A DNA stretch of 64,000 nucleotides from a virus: positions 32,001-96,000 of IMG/VR virus record IMGVR_UViG_3300006316_000001; one strand, written 5' to 3'. Under the pieces are notes generated by a model. The model did no database searches. It was given only the letters and a program-made list of their open reading frames with translations, and was not told where the DNA came from. A program made the translations under genes and the position numbers. Positions 47,506-56,668 of this stretch are shown piece by piece (the first letter of the stretch is position 1; each line of letters starts with the position of its first letter).

Positions 47506-48510
47506 ATGAGTAATACGGGTAACTTTTTTGGTGGGGGATCATACAATCCCGACATTGAACAGAACACAAAAGATATACAGAAAATTCCTGGAAAAAACCT
47601 GTTAATTAATGGTGACTTCTCGGTTTGGCAACGAGGAGCATCATTCACTGGTTATGTGTATGGGTCAGATAGATGGGTTGGTGGTACAAATGCGGTAACT
47701 TCCAAGCAGTGGTCTGAGGATTATGGAACAGTTTGTAGGGTACGTGCTACATCTAATCCTTCAGCTGCTGTACTCCAACAAGCTGTTGAGTTACTTAATA
47801 CTGGTTTTGGTGTTGCTTATTCTCCATTCCAGAAAGAGACTACGTACACTATCACAGTCAGAGGTGATTCGGGTGGTGTTCTAGTTACGCCGAATGTTAG
47901 ATGGGCTGAGGGTACTGCAACTGCTAGTGTTCCTGCATCGAGTTCCACTTTCACCCCCAAGGCACTTGTGAGTACAGGAACAACTTGGTCATTCACAATG
48001 AATAGCGATTTAGATTCTGCGACACACAAGTGTATGGTACTCTATTTTGCTTTGGGTACGATAAATCAGGATGTTGATTTCTACGATGTGAAGCTGGAAC
48101 ATGGTGATGTGGCTACACCTTTTGTGGCTGATGACCCTGCCACTAACCTTGCTAAGTGTCAGCGCTACTTCTTTACAACAAGAGGTAGAGGTAAGTCCGG
48201 TGTATTCGGGAATGGTACAATTTCTAGTACAGCATCAGGAACATTCCAAGTAGGTGTACCTTTGCCTACATGTATGCGAGTGACGAAGGCAACAGTATCC
48301 CTATCAGGGGATCATTCCATATATGGCGTTAGTAGCGCGGGTGGTACAATTACCGAAGAAGTTACTATGACGGATGGTGGCGCAGGTGCCGACATCGGTT
48401 TCGTGGATATCATACTTCAATCAGAAAGTGCCCCTACTAATATGCGCGGCTCGGTAGCTTTCCGTGGAATGACATCAGCTTCGTATATGGACGCGGATGC
48501 AGAACTTTAA
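47506..48510 (+). CDS. Fibre/receptor-binding module paralogue 2
   Basis: NLLINGDFSVWQRG..SDRW, KLEHGDVATPF..NLAKCQRYF, terminal DAEL. Confidence 0.75.
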   Translation: MSNTGNFFGGGSYNPDIEQNTKDIQKIPGKNLLINGDFSVWQRGASFTGYVYGSDRWVGGTNAVTSKQWSEDYGTVCRVRATSNPSAAVLQQAVELLNTGFGVAYSPFQKETTYTITVRGDSGGVLVTPNVRWAEGTATASVPASSSTFTPKALVSTGTTWSFTMNSDLDSATHKCMVLYFALGTINQDVDFYDVKLEHGDVATPFVADDPATNLAKCQRYFFTTRGRGKSGVFGNGTISSTASGTFQVGVPLPTCMRVTKATVSLSGDHSIYGVSSAGGTITEEVTMTDGGAGADIGFVDIILQSESAPTNMRGSVAFRGMTSASYMDADAEL

Positions 48511-48525
48511 CGAGGGTAATACAAA

Positions 48526-49485
48526 ATGGCAACAAATATTTTTGATAGATCGCAGTTGGATTCGCGTTCTAACCCAAATCTTCTGACTAATGGTGATTTC
48601 ACGGTTTGGCAACGCGGAACAGTAAGCTCACACACCGGATTCGCTTTCGCATTAACTGCTGATAGATGGTTTACCTATGTTGGTGGTGGAACTATTACAG
48701 TGAGTGAGGGCTACGGTTACGGCTCAGGTGTACAGAAACAGGGATTCTTCATAGATTCGGATAATGGTGCCACTGATGTTCAGATAGGTCAGCGAATTGA
48801 ATCATCCATGTTTTCTAGTAATGATTTTGGATACGGAGAACAATTCACATTCTCTATTTGGGTTTATGGGGAATCAGATGATAATGATCTGGGTTTCGTA
48901 GTCAGCGTGCCGGACACCGTTGATTCCTATACTTCTGCTACAACCAAAGTAGCTGAATATTTTGGTACGCCTAAAGCGAACGAATGGACTAAACTTACTA
49001 TTACATTTCCATGGCACAAAGATTTCAATAGAGGTATGCAAATTGCTATAACGATTGCTGGCACTTTCCAGCAAGGTTTGACGTTCTCACGTGCCAAGCT
49101 GGAAACTGGACCAGTAGCCACTCCATTCATTCCGGATCATCCAGCAGTTAACCTTGCTAAGTGTCAGCGATACTACCAAGTATGGAAAAGTCTTGAAGTG
49201 GTGGGTATGGCAAACGTGTATACATCATCTAATCATGGTTTACACATAACGCCCATAGTAACAATGAGAACCACCCCTTTGGTTGATTTTAACCAACTCT
49301 ACGTCCTCGCCCAAGGAGGGTCTGGTGATGTTGGGATAATCTCATCCAGTAACGTAATCATCAAACCTCACTCCGTGTATGCTACTTTAGGTACTGGTGC
49401 TATTTCTGGTGCTGTTGCGGGTATGGCGTTGTCTTGTCGCGTACAGGGTGGAGCCACTTTTTATCTAGACGCGGAAATTTTCTAA
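48526..49485 (+). CDS. Fibre/receptor-binding module paralogue 3
   Basis: NLLTNGDFTVWQRG..ADRW, KLETGPVATPF..NLAKCQRYY, terminal DAEIF. Confidence 0.75.
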   Translation: MATNIFDRSQLDSRSNPNLLTNGDFTVWQRGTVSSHTGFAFALTADRWFTYVGGGTITVSEGYGYGSGVQKQGFFIDSDNGATDVQIGQRIESSMFSSNDFGYGEQFTFSIWVYGESDDNDLGFVVSVPDTVDSYTSATTKVAEYFGTPKANEWTKLTITFPWHKDFNRGMQIAITIAGTFQQGLTFSRAKLETGPVATPFIPDHPAVNLAKCQRYYQVWKSLEVVGMANVYTSSNHGLHITPIVTMRTTPLVDFNQLYVLAQGGSGDVGIISSSNVIIKPHSVYATLGTGAISGAVAGMALSCRVQGGATFYLDAEIF

Positions 49486-49508
49486 GCACAGAACTTTAAG
49501 GGATTACT

Positions 49509-49871
49509 ATGTCAGTAAATAGATTCATAAAAGATTCTATGTATCTCGGCACCGATTACCATATCGACCTTTCCGAAGAGGTTAATGGAATTGAGCAGAG
49601 ATTCCGTGATGTTGATGGGAACGCTCTTGCCACATTTTCTGGTGGTATTCGAGACGGTGATGCCCAATTCCAAGTTGACTTCACATTCACACTTCTCGAT
49701 GACTTCACGGTTCGTTGTAGTTTTGACTCAACTGACACGATAAATACGTTTGTCGAATCAGGTAAAGAGTACGATTTCGGGGTAAGGGTTAATTACTCTG
49801 GGGATCACGAAGGAGGTAATGACTTCCTTTTGTTCCAAGGTAAATTGGAAATCAAGACAACACTATTCTAG
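49509..49871 (+). CDS. Hypothetical virion-associated protein
   Basis: Acidic beta-rich ORF with AGGGA SD in tail module. Confidence 0.55.
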   Translation: MSVNRFIKDSMYLGTDYHIDLSEEVNGIEQRFRDVDGNALATFSGGIRDGDAQFQVDFTFTLLDDFTVRCSFDSTDTINTFVESGKEYDFGVRVNYSGDHEGGNDFLLFQGKLEIKTTLF

Positions 49872-49881
49872 GGAGCGTGGT

Positions 49882-50556
49882 ATGAGAAAAACATCAATCA
49901 CACGTGTGGAGCAAAACACTGTGGTCAGTACTACTAGCCAGCGCCTGACTAGAGTCAAGCATGGGCAGTACCAAGGGACTCCAGTTGTTAATGTTTCATA
50001 CGATATCAATGGGCGCATGGTTGAGACTCTCACTAATGGCTCATCTAATACTATAACCAACCCCAATGAAGTTCCTCTGGGTGACAGAGATGTTGGGAAA
50101 GTCCTGATGATTAATAGGACTGGTGATATGACTTGGGTACAAACACCCCAACTCATAGGGTTTGCTACATTCAAACCTGAAACTAAAACCATTTCTGATC
50201 CTTCAGAATATTCGTACATTGGCACACAAAGTGGTGTTAGAGTTTCAAAGGACTCTACACAAGGGGCGTACAGACTCACTGTTGATGAGACGCAAATCTC
50301 GACCGATACACAAATCTCGGTTGATGGTGATCCGTACGGAAGTTCATCTGGGCAATATGAGTGGCGAATTGTAGAACATCTTGTTAAGCAGGGTGAGGTT
50401 GGCGATGTATGGTCAGCCCCTAAACGATGGTCATCAGACGGCAAATATGCAATTCTTGAACATGTGTCACTTAACTCTGACGGTTGCGTTCTTGAAGATT
50501 ACACTATTTCTGATGTTGATAACTCAATTCGCGTGGAGCTATGGAAGAAATTTTAA
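49882..50556 (+). CDS. Hypothetical virion-associated protein
   Basis: GGGAG SD before MRKTS. Confidence 0.55.
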   Translation: MRKTSITRVEQNTVVSTTSQRLTRVKHGQYQGTPVVNVSYDINGRMVETLTNGSSNTITNPNEVPLGDRDVGKVLMINRTGDMTWVQTPQLIGFATFKPETKTISDPSEYSYIGTQSGVRVSKDSTQGAYRLTVDETQISTDTQISVDGDPYGSSSGQYEWRIVEHLVKQGEVGDVWSAPKRWSSDGKYAILEHVSLNSDGCVLEDYTISDVDNSIRVELWKKF

Positions 50557-50645
50557 TATTTTAATCGCGGTGGTTAGTACCCGCCGCCTACATGGAATGA
50601 CTCTGCAGTAGGAATGGGAATCGCGTCATGTGGAGATGTAATAAC

Positions 50646-51044
50646 ATGAGCAATAAAATAGGAATTGTTGTAGCTGTTATGACATTGTTACTATCAATGG
50701 CAGCTAACGTGGGTATGGATTCTTATCGGGACGGTACGGTAGATACCGAGATACAGACCATAAAACTTGAATTAGAGAGTCGAAAGCAATATCTTGCTGT
50801 TTTGCGTGATCTTTCTTCACGAGTGACGACACTTGAAACTAACGAAATAACCCGAGATTCCGTCATCAACAAGATATTGGAAAAACAAGAAGCTATGGAA
50901 GATCGCCTAGTAGAAACTGAAATCACGGCAGCAGAGACCATGACAGTTTTGACTGCGGCGACAGAGGCTATAACAAAGCAAACTGAAGCGACAACTAAAC
51001 TAACTGAGCAGGTAATACGGTTGGAAGAAAAGATTAAGAAATAG
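50646..51044 (+). CDS. N-terminal TM plus coiled-coil lysis-module protein (holin/antiholin or i-spanin-like)
   Basis: One TM helix then heptad repeats; directly upstream of holin and endolysin. Confidence 0.5.
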   Translation: MSNKIGIVVAVMTLLLSMAANVGMDSYRDGTVDTEIQTIKLELESRKQYLAVLRDLSSRVTTLETNEITRDSVINKILEKQEAMEDRLVETEITAAETMTVLTAATEAITKQTEATTKLTEQVIRLEEKIKK

Positions 51045-51055
51045 GGAGCTATATC

Positions 51056-51475
51056 ATGAACATACCATTCATTTCCCCACTCATCACCGCAGTAGGGAAC
51101 TACTTTAATGAGGGGCAGAAAATAAGAGCCGCGAAGCAGGAAAGAGCTGACGTTTTACGTGAGAAATCTCTGGATGCTAAGATTGATGCTATTAAGAACG
51201 GACAACAAGCCGATATTGAGAAGGACACTAACTTCAAGGCTGGATGGATGGATGACTTTTCGTTCTTTGTGTTCATGATTCCCGCAATCTTAGCCTTCTT
51301 CCCTGACATGGTACCACATGTCACTGCTGGTTTCGAAGCTTTAGATAAAATGCCTTTATGGTACCAATATGCCCTTGGTGGTATGTTGGTAGCCGTGTGG
51401 GGTTATCGTCGACTAGTCACACCAATTGTGGAAGTCGTTGTTAAACAATGGGTATCGCGTATCCCCAAACTTTAG
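51056..51475 (+). CDS. Putative holin
   Basis: GWMDD followed by TM, GF.AL..MP.WYQY, second TM ending WGYR; precedes endolysin. Confidence 0.65.
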   Translation: MNIPFISPLITAVGNYFNEGQKIRAAKQERADVLREKSLDAKIDAIKNGQQADIEKDTNFKAGWMDDFSFFVFMIPAILAFFPDMVPHVTAGFEALDKMPLWYQYALGGMLVAVWGYRRLVTPIVEVVVKQWVSRIPKL

Positions 51476-51484
51476 AGAATTATT

Positions 51485-51880
51485 ATGTCTTTTAAATATG
51501 GAACATCATCACTTGCGCATCTAGAATCGTGCACACCAAACATCCAACGTCTATTCAAATCTCTTATCGAAGATTATGACATCACAATCATTTGTGGTCA
51601 TCGCGGTAAGGCTGAACAAGACGCTGCTGTGGCATCAGGGGCGTCTACGACACCTTGGCCAAAATCCAAGCATAACTCTTACCCATCATGTGGTGTTGAC
51701 GCTGCTCTTTATCCTATTGATTGGGAAGACGAAGGGCGTCACTACATGTTCGTGGGAATCGTGAAAGAACGTGCCCGTCAAATGGGTATTAAGATTCGCG
51801 CTGGAGCTGACTGGGATGGTGATTGGAACACTGATGACCAGAAGTTCAATGATCTTGTTCATTTCGAGGAAATCATCTAG
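51485..51880 (+). CDS. Endolysin, M15 L-alanyl-D-glutamate peptidase
   Basis: DITIICGHR...EQ, SKH....GVD, GADWD, DLVHFE zinc-peptidase motifs. Confidence 0.9.
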   Translation: MSFKYGTSSLAHLESCTPNIQRLFKSLIEDYDITIICGHRGKAEQDAAVASGASTTPWPKSKHNSYPSCGVDAALYPIDWEDEGRHYMFVGIVKERARQMGIKIRAGADWDGDWNTDDQKFNDLVHFEEII

Positions 51881-51902
51881 AACAAGATAAAAGGAGTCAA
51901 GT

Positions 51903-52844
51903 ATGGCAAATCTTGGTAATGTCATAGTTCCTCCAGGAGAGTGGATAAATTTAGATGCTCCGGCTCCTGGATATCCGTCATATGCCCCCGCATTACGATA
52001 CCCCCTTATGCACCAATTGAAGATTCTACAATCTCAAGCGCGTGCTGGTATCAAAGTTAAGCAATCTGAATGGTCGACGGTTTGGAGGCAGGTTGGTGAG
52101 GTTTTCGGTAATAGTGACCCTATATACCTGCTGGAAAATGATTCAGAATTTTTACAGCAGTTAGCCTCAGCTTTATGCGAACCTGCGGCTACACCATTAC
52201 CAACGGATGAGCTTGATCCAGGGATTGAAAAAGTTGGTGCACTATCGATTGAGTGGGATCTTGATCTTGATAATCTATTTCGTGACACAATGATGAACCG
52301 CCTTACGCGAATTCTATGTGAGATCCGTCAGGGTCAAAATGTGAATCGCGGGTTCTTCATTAGTGTTTGGCGTGGTTGGGTAAATGTCTTATCCAACTCT
52401 AATCCCGTATATGTGTGTAAAGACGATCTTGAGCGTGCTCGGTATATTGACTCGCTCGTTACCGTACTTACGGGCATACGGTGTAAACCTGTGTGTGGTG
52501 AGTTTTCGCTGACAGTTGTTGATGTTGATAATGCTTATACTGACGTATCGACTATCCAAGTGGGCGATAATCTTGAGCTCACACAAACAGGTAACAGTTC
52601 AGTATTGATTACTGGCCTTCCGGCTGGTATCGAATTCTACACGAAAGAAATGGACGGGCTTGCTAGTACCTTCACCGCTGAACATAACTTAGGGCGATTT
52701 ATCGCAGTTGCTAGGGTATATCAGCCGGATGGTGAAGTTGCACAAGTTGAAGTCCAGAACAAAGATAATGATGGTAATGTTTCTAAGAATGTTGCCCAAG
52801 TTATCTCGAGCGTACCTATGCTCGGCACTCTAACATTAATATAA
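51903..52844 (+). CDS. Putative structural protein with internal duplication and C-terminal HNLG domain
   Basis: AGGAG SD; two related segments (VWR.....NS.P.Y....D); AEHNLG. Confidence 0.5.
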   Translation: MANLGNVIVPPGEWINLDAPAPGYPSYAPALRYPLMHQLKILQSQARAGIKVKQSEWSTVWRQVGEVFGNSDPIYLLENDSEFLQQLASALCEPAATPLPTDELDPGIEKVGALSIEWDLDLDNLFRDTMMNRLTRILCEIRQGQNVNRGFFISVWRGWVNVLSNSNPVYVCKDDLERARYIDSLVTVLTGIRCKPVCGEFSLTVVDVDNAYTDVSTIQVGDNLELTQTGNSSVLITGLPAGIEFYTKEMDGLASTFTAEHNLGRFIAVARVYQPDGEVAQVEVQNKDNDGNVSKNVAQVISSVPMLGTLTLI

Positions 52845-52855
52845 AGGAAAATACT

Positions 52856-54733
52856 ATGGGATCTCCAATTAATACGTCACATGTCTTCCAAGGTGGCGCG
52901 ACTGTAAAAGGTATTCCGGCTTCACAAGAAACTGGTCAAGCTGTAGAGCATGATCAGCTTATTGCTGCGTTGGATACTAAGCAGCCAAATCTTACTGGTG
53001 GTTCAGGTGTTGATCTGACATCTTCAACTCTGAAGATCGATCTTGCCGTGACTGGTACTGATTATGGCACATTGACCCTAACGGGTAGCAACTATTCATC
53101 TCTAGATGGTGTCTACACTCTAGCATCGTTCAAAGGCTCTTTATCTTACTCAGGTACTAGCCTTGATCTAGATGTTGGTGGTGATTACAACGTATACTAC
53201 AAATCCAATGGTGGTGGTGTATGGTCTGTTATTGCTAAACGTGACACCGATAACATCCACAACAACTTCTCTGTTGGCGAAAGTAATGGTTCTTGGATTG
53301 TTGTATTGACTGCGGTAGACCCAACGTCTATCACTGAAGATTACAACAACTTCATCCCTAACTACCAAGCTGTGGATTTCGACTTCCTGACATCATCAAG
53401 TGAACAGGATGATAATGGTAATGGTACCATCTCTAGTGCAGCTAGTGGCGTTTCGTACGCATCAGGTAACACACCTGCTGGTTTGATTTTCGAGAACGAT
53501 AAATTGGCGATTGATTTTGCGTCAAGTACCGCTCAAGCTGAATCAACAAACGTGCTTCCTGCTTCTGTTACGGTTACTGCTATCAATGAAGCTGAAGGTC
53601 GCGCATCACAAGCACAGAACACTACATTCTCGAATGCTATTGCTCAGCTTGTCGGTAACCCTGCAAAGGTTCAGTCTGCGATTGAAGCTCTGAAATCGAT
53701 GCATGATACTCTGTCTAATACAGTGTCTAATAACCAGACCACTGCTTCGACTGAGTATGGGCACATTAATGACCTGCAGGATGCACTGGGAACGTCTTCT
53801 GATGATATGGGTGTGATGCACGCACTTCTAAGTGATGGCGTTGCTGTGAAGGCTCTATTGAACGAACTTGCTACTTTGAATGCATCACTTCGTTCTGATG
53901 CTGACACTACTCTTGGTGTTGCTGCTGGCGCCTCAATCAATTCTGCTGGTGATAACGTTACTGATTCTACAGATATTGCTACGGCAATTAGCGATCTTGA
54001 CGTTGCTCTTGGTCTAGTTCAGGGTGATTTGACTTCTCGTATTCCTGCGGTTGATCAATATCACAATGCTAACCAATACCCGTTAACTGCTGATCAGTTG
54101 GCTGGTACTGAGCCTGTGAATGAAGTTAAGTATGACCAAGTTGACATCCAGACAGGTAACACTATCACGTGGTCAACTGACATGTCACTATTCAATATGG
54201 ATGTTCGTATCCTTGTTGACTTCGGTGCGGCTGGTGATGTTGATGCTGGTATTTATGATCGTGATCACGCAACAGGTTTGCTGACTCGTTCAACATACTT
54301 CAACGAAGCGTCTGAGATTCAGAAAAATGCAATCTTCCAAATCCGTTACGGTGGTGCTATTGCTGGTGCTGAATTCATGGTGGTAACGCCTGATGAGCCA
54401 AGCATCGGTACAGACCCAATCGGTTTCGAAAACATCAGTGCTGTAATCATCGGACAAGGTACTCTTGCGAAAGACCGCCTACGTCCTGAGTTCCAAGCTG
54501 AGATTGACAACAAGCTAGTTCCTTATGAGTCTGCTGTTGTTACTGTCCCTGCTAATGGTGCGCTAACTCTAGTTCATGGTCACAAGTTGTTCAGTGCTCC
54601 TATGATCCTAGATGCTGCTGGTAACATGCAAAGTTTCGAATTGGATATTACCGTTGATGGTACTATGGTCATCACTTCTGAAGCTGACGTTGACATTCCT
54701 GTCACTGTACGTTTCGCTGGTCTTGAACTGTAG
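52856..54733 (+). CDS. Putative fibre protein (head or whisker fibre)
   Basis: Short helical A/S/T repeats, AGIYD..LTRS..F motif seen in phage fibres; last late gene. Confidence 0.55.
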   Translation: MGSPINTSHVFQGGATVKGIPASQETGQAVEHDQLIAALDTKQPNLTGGSGVDLTSSTLKIDLAVTGTDYGTLTLTGSNYSSLDGVYTLASFKGSLSYSGTSLDLDVGGDYNVYYKSNGGGVWSVIAKRDTDNIHNNFSVGESNGSWIVVLTAVDPTSITEDYNNFIPNYQAVDFDFLTSSSEQDDNGNGTISSAASGVSYASGNTPAGLIFENDKLAIDFASSTAQAESTNVLPASVTVTAINEAEGRASQAQNTTFSNAIAQLVGNPAKVQSAIEALKSMHDTLSNTVSNNQTTASTEYGHINDLQDALGTSSDDMGVMHALLSDGVAVKALLNELATLNASLRSDADTTLGVAAGASINSAGDNVTDSTDIATAISDLDVALGLVQGDLTSRIPAVDQYHNANQYPLTADQLAGTEPVNEVKYDQVDIQTGNTITWSTDMSLFNMDVRILVDFGAAGDVDAGIYDRDHATGLLTRSTYFNEASEIQKNAIFQIRYGGAIAGAEFMVVTPDEPSIGTDPIGFENISAVIIGQGTLAKDRLRPEFQAEIDNKLVPYESAVVTVPANGALTLVHGHKLFSAPMILDAAGNMQSFELDITVDGTMVITSEADVDIPVTVRFAGLEL

Positions 54734-54851
54734 AAACTTTTAGTCCCTTCTCGGAGGGACTATAACCCAATTGGGATACTCTCCCGAAATGGTGTCTACA
54801 CTTGGCGGGGCTCGAAAGAGTTACACTATGTGTGTTGTGGACATTAGATAC

Positions 54852-54889
54852 AAAAAAGGCTTCACCTCTTATCAGGGGTGAAGCCTTTT
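54852..54889. terminator. Bidirectional terminator between converging late and early/middle units
   Basis: AAAAAAGGCTTCACCTCT-TATC-AGGGGTGAAGCCTTTT. Confidence 0.88.
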
Positions 54890-54897
54890 CGTTTGGA

Positions 54898-55332
54898 CTA
54901 AATAACATTGATTTTTCGCGCTATTTTATGAATTATTAGCTTCCAAATTGGCATATTAATATATTGGCTTAACTTTAGATTTACAGCTTCTAAATCATCA
55001 GTTAATTTAGCTATTTTAGCATTTCTCTTGTCGATAATTTCGCTTGAACGCATCACACTACCTTCAAGAAGGTTGATTGAGTGGCGCAGTTCTTCTATCA
55101 TAACTAGGGGTACACCAAGATATTGTTCAACTTCCGGTGACCAAGAAAGATACATATCTCTTTTGGTGATGTGGTTGTATATCTTGACTACTGGAATCGA
55201 CGTGACATCTTCTAGAACCACGAATTCAACATTACCATTGATGACCGGAACTACTTTATCCTTATCATCAATCTCTACTAGTTCAGCTTGGTTGATTGCC
55301 GTACAACTTTTCGTGGTTATTGTGTCAACCAT
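54898..55332 (-). CDS. Hypothetical coiled-coil protein
   Basis: MVDTIT start after upstream stop; the longer call overlaps 55343..55573. Confidence 0.5.
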   Translation of the reverse strand: MVDTITTKSCTAINQAELVEIDDKDKVVPVINGNVEFVVLEDVTSIPVVKIYNHITKRDMYLSWSPEVEQYLGVPLVMIEELRHSINLLEGSVMRSSEIIDKRNAKIAKLTDDLEAVNLKLSQYINMPIWKLIIHKIARKINVI

Positions 55333-55542
55333 TATACATTCTTTACTCATCGTCAGATTCCATATTATGGTTGTAAAACCCAATACAAATATTGCATCTG
55401 GATTCATCAACATCTTCATGTAACATGCGATCACCGCATTCATCGCATCGCTTCTTAAGTTTACCTCCACACCATCTATTAGGGCAGAGGATTAGGGCAG
55501 CCAATATAAGGCTACCCAAGATAAGTGCCACCCACAATTCCA

Positions 55543-56163
55543 TTATGATTCCTTCTTGTATTTTGCTAGCCACACATCCTGCTTATCTGTCGGAGTACCC
55601 GAAGCCACGTTGAATGATTCAGCGTTCTTAATATCAGAAACTTTCAGATTTGACCATTTGATTTCTTTACCATCAACATCGATCACAAGAGGTTCTTTCT
55701 TGTTACCACGCCCCTTTGAAACTCGAGATTGTTCAATCCAATTCTTTTGAGACTCTGAAGGAGTACCATTATATTCGATGGTTTCGGCACCTTTCAGAAT
55801 GGAAGTTCTTAGATCAGCGTATTTGTATTCTTTACCATCAACAGTAACAATTAGACCCTTGCGAGTTTTCTTTTCAGTTTTGACAAGAACATCAGCAGCT
55901 TTACCAGTAGGAGCTAGCTCATCAACATTTTCTTCTTTGCGTGTTACGACCAGATGACCAAAACCTTCAATCACGTTGTGAGCCATCTTGGTGATACGCT
56001 CTTCAGCTTTTGCGCGAGAAGCGAATTTCTTAACGTTCTTCTCGCCAGCTAGATTAGCCAGCTTGTTATAGTCTTCAGTGATCTTCTTAGTAGGGAAAGT
56101 GGCAACACCGTTTTCGATGATAGAATTAGCTAGTTCAACAATGTGAGAATTTGTATTAGACAT
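55543..56163 (-). CDS. Basic early protein with tandem C-terminal repeat domains
   Basis: First gene behind promoter at 56225-56253; two copies of L...VDGKE.K...L..S..K.AE....GTP...Q..W. Confidence 0.65.
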   Translation of the reverse strand: MSNTNSHIVELANSIIENGVATFPTKKITEDYNKLANLAGEKNVKKFASRAKAEERITKMAHNVIEGFGHLVVTRKEENVDELAPTGKAADVLVKTEKKTRKGLIVTVDGKEYKYADLRTSILKGAETIEYNGTPSESQKNWIEQSRVSKGRGNKKEPLVIDVDGKEIKWSNLKVSDIKNAESFNVASGTPTDKQDVWLAKYKKES

Positions 56164-56182
56164 AGTATTTACCTTTTATTAG

Positions 56183-56253
56183 AAGGGAAGTTACTAACCC
56201 TTAGCACTTTACCCTATAACAATCATTATACTCTAATTGAACGAGAAGTAAAG
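56183..56253 (-). promoter_or_regulatory. Early promoter plus 5' leader hairpin (long class)
   Basis: CTTTAC(56253-56248)-N17-TATAAT(56230-56225), then AUAGGG-UA-AAGU-GCUAA-GGG-UUAGU-A-ACUU-CCCU. Confidence 0.85.
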
Positions 56254-56275
56254 CTTTTTAGCTAAATTTTTATGT

Positions 56276-56304
56276 AAAAAAGGCTCCCTATAGGGAGCCT
56301 TTTT
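56276..56304 (-). terminator. Rho-independent terminator
   Basis: AAAAAAGGCTCCC-TATA-GGGAGCCTTTTT. Confidence 0.85.
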
Positions 56305-56325
56305 GTTTGGTTTCAGTCACATGGA

Positions 56326-56667
56326 TTATTTTGGATTGCGAGATGCACGTCGAACTGGATGACGTCTCTCATCATCTTGGAGCGCAGTCTGCTCAACCTC
56401 CTCAGCATCAGGAACCATATCAGGCAACTCCTGTAACTGAGGTTCCTTTTGGAACTTCGGTTCCTGAGTTCTATCCTTATTCTCGATGCTAATAAGATGC
56501 TCAATTCGAGCGCTCATTTCCATGAACGAAACCTCACCTTGGAACCCCAACATGTTGGCTATAGAAGAAAGGATGGACTTACTATCACCATGAGCCTTAC
56601 GTTCTTTCTCAAGTTCCATTAAGATGTCGAAAGCCTGAGCTTTTACTTCAGTAATTTCTTGAGTCAT
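56326..56667 (-). CDS. Hypothetical protein downstream of ligase
   Basis: GGAG SD, coupled to ligase stop. Confidence 0.6.
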   Translation of the reverse strand: MTQEITEVKAQAFDILMELEKERKAHGDSKSILSSIANMLGFQGEVSFMEMSARIEHLISIENKDRTQEPKFQKEPQLQELPDMVPDAEEVEQTALQDDERRHPVRRASRNPK

Positions 56668-56668
56668 T

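Noticed and set aside
45217-49485. Diversity-generating retroelement acting on the three fibre paralogues
   Set aside because: No reverse transcriptase in the window, and differences between copies are not confined to adenines
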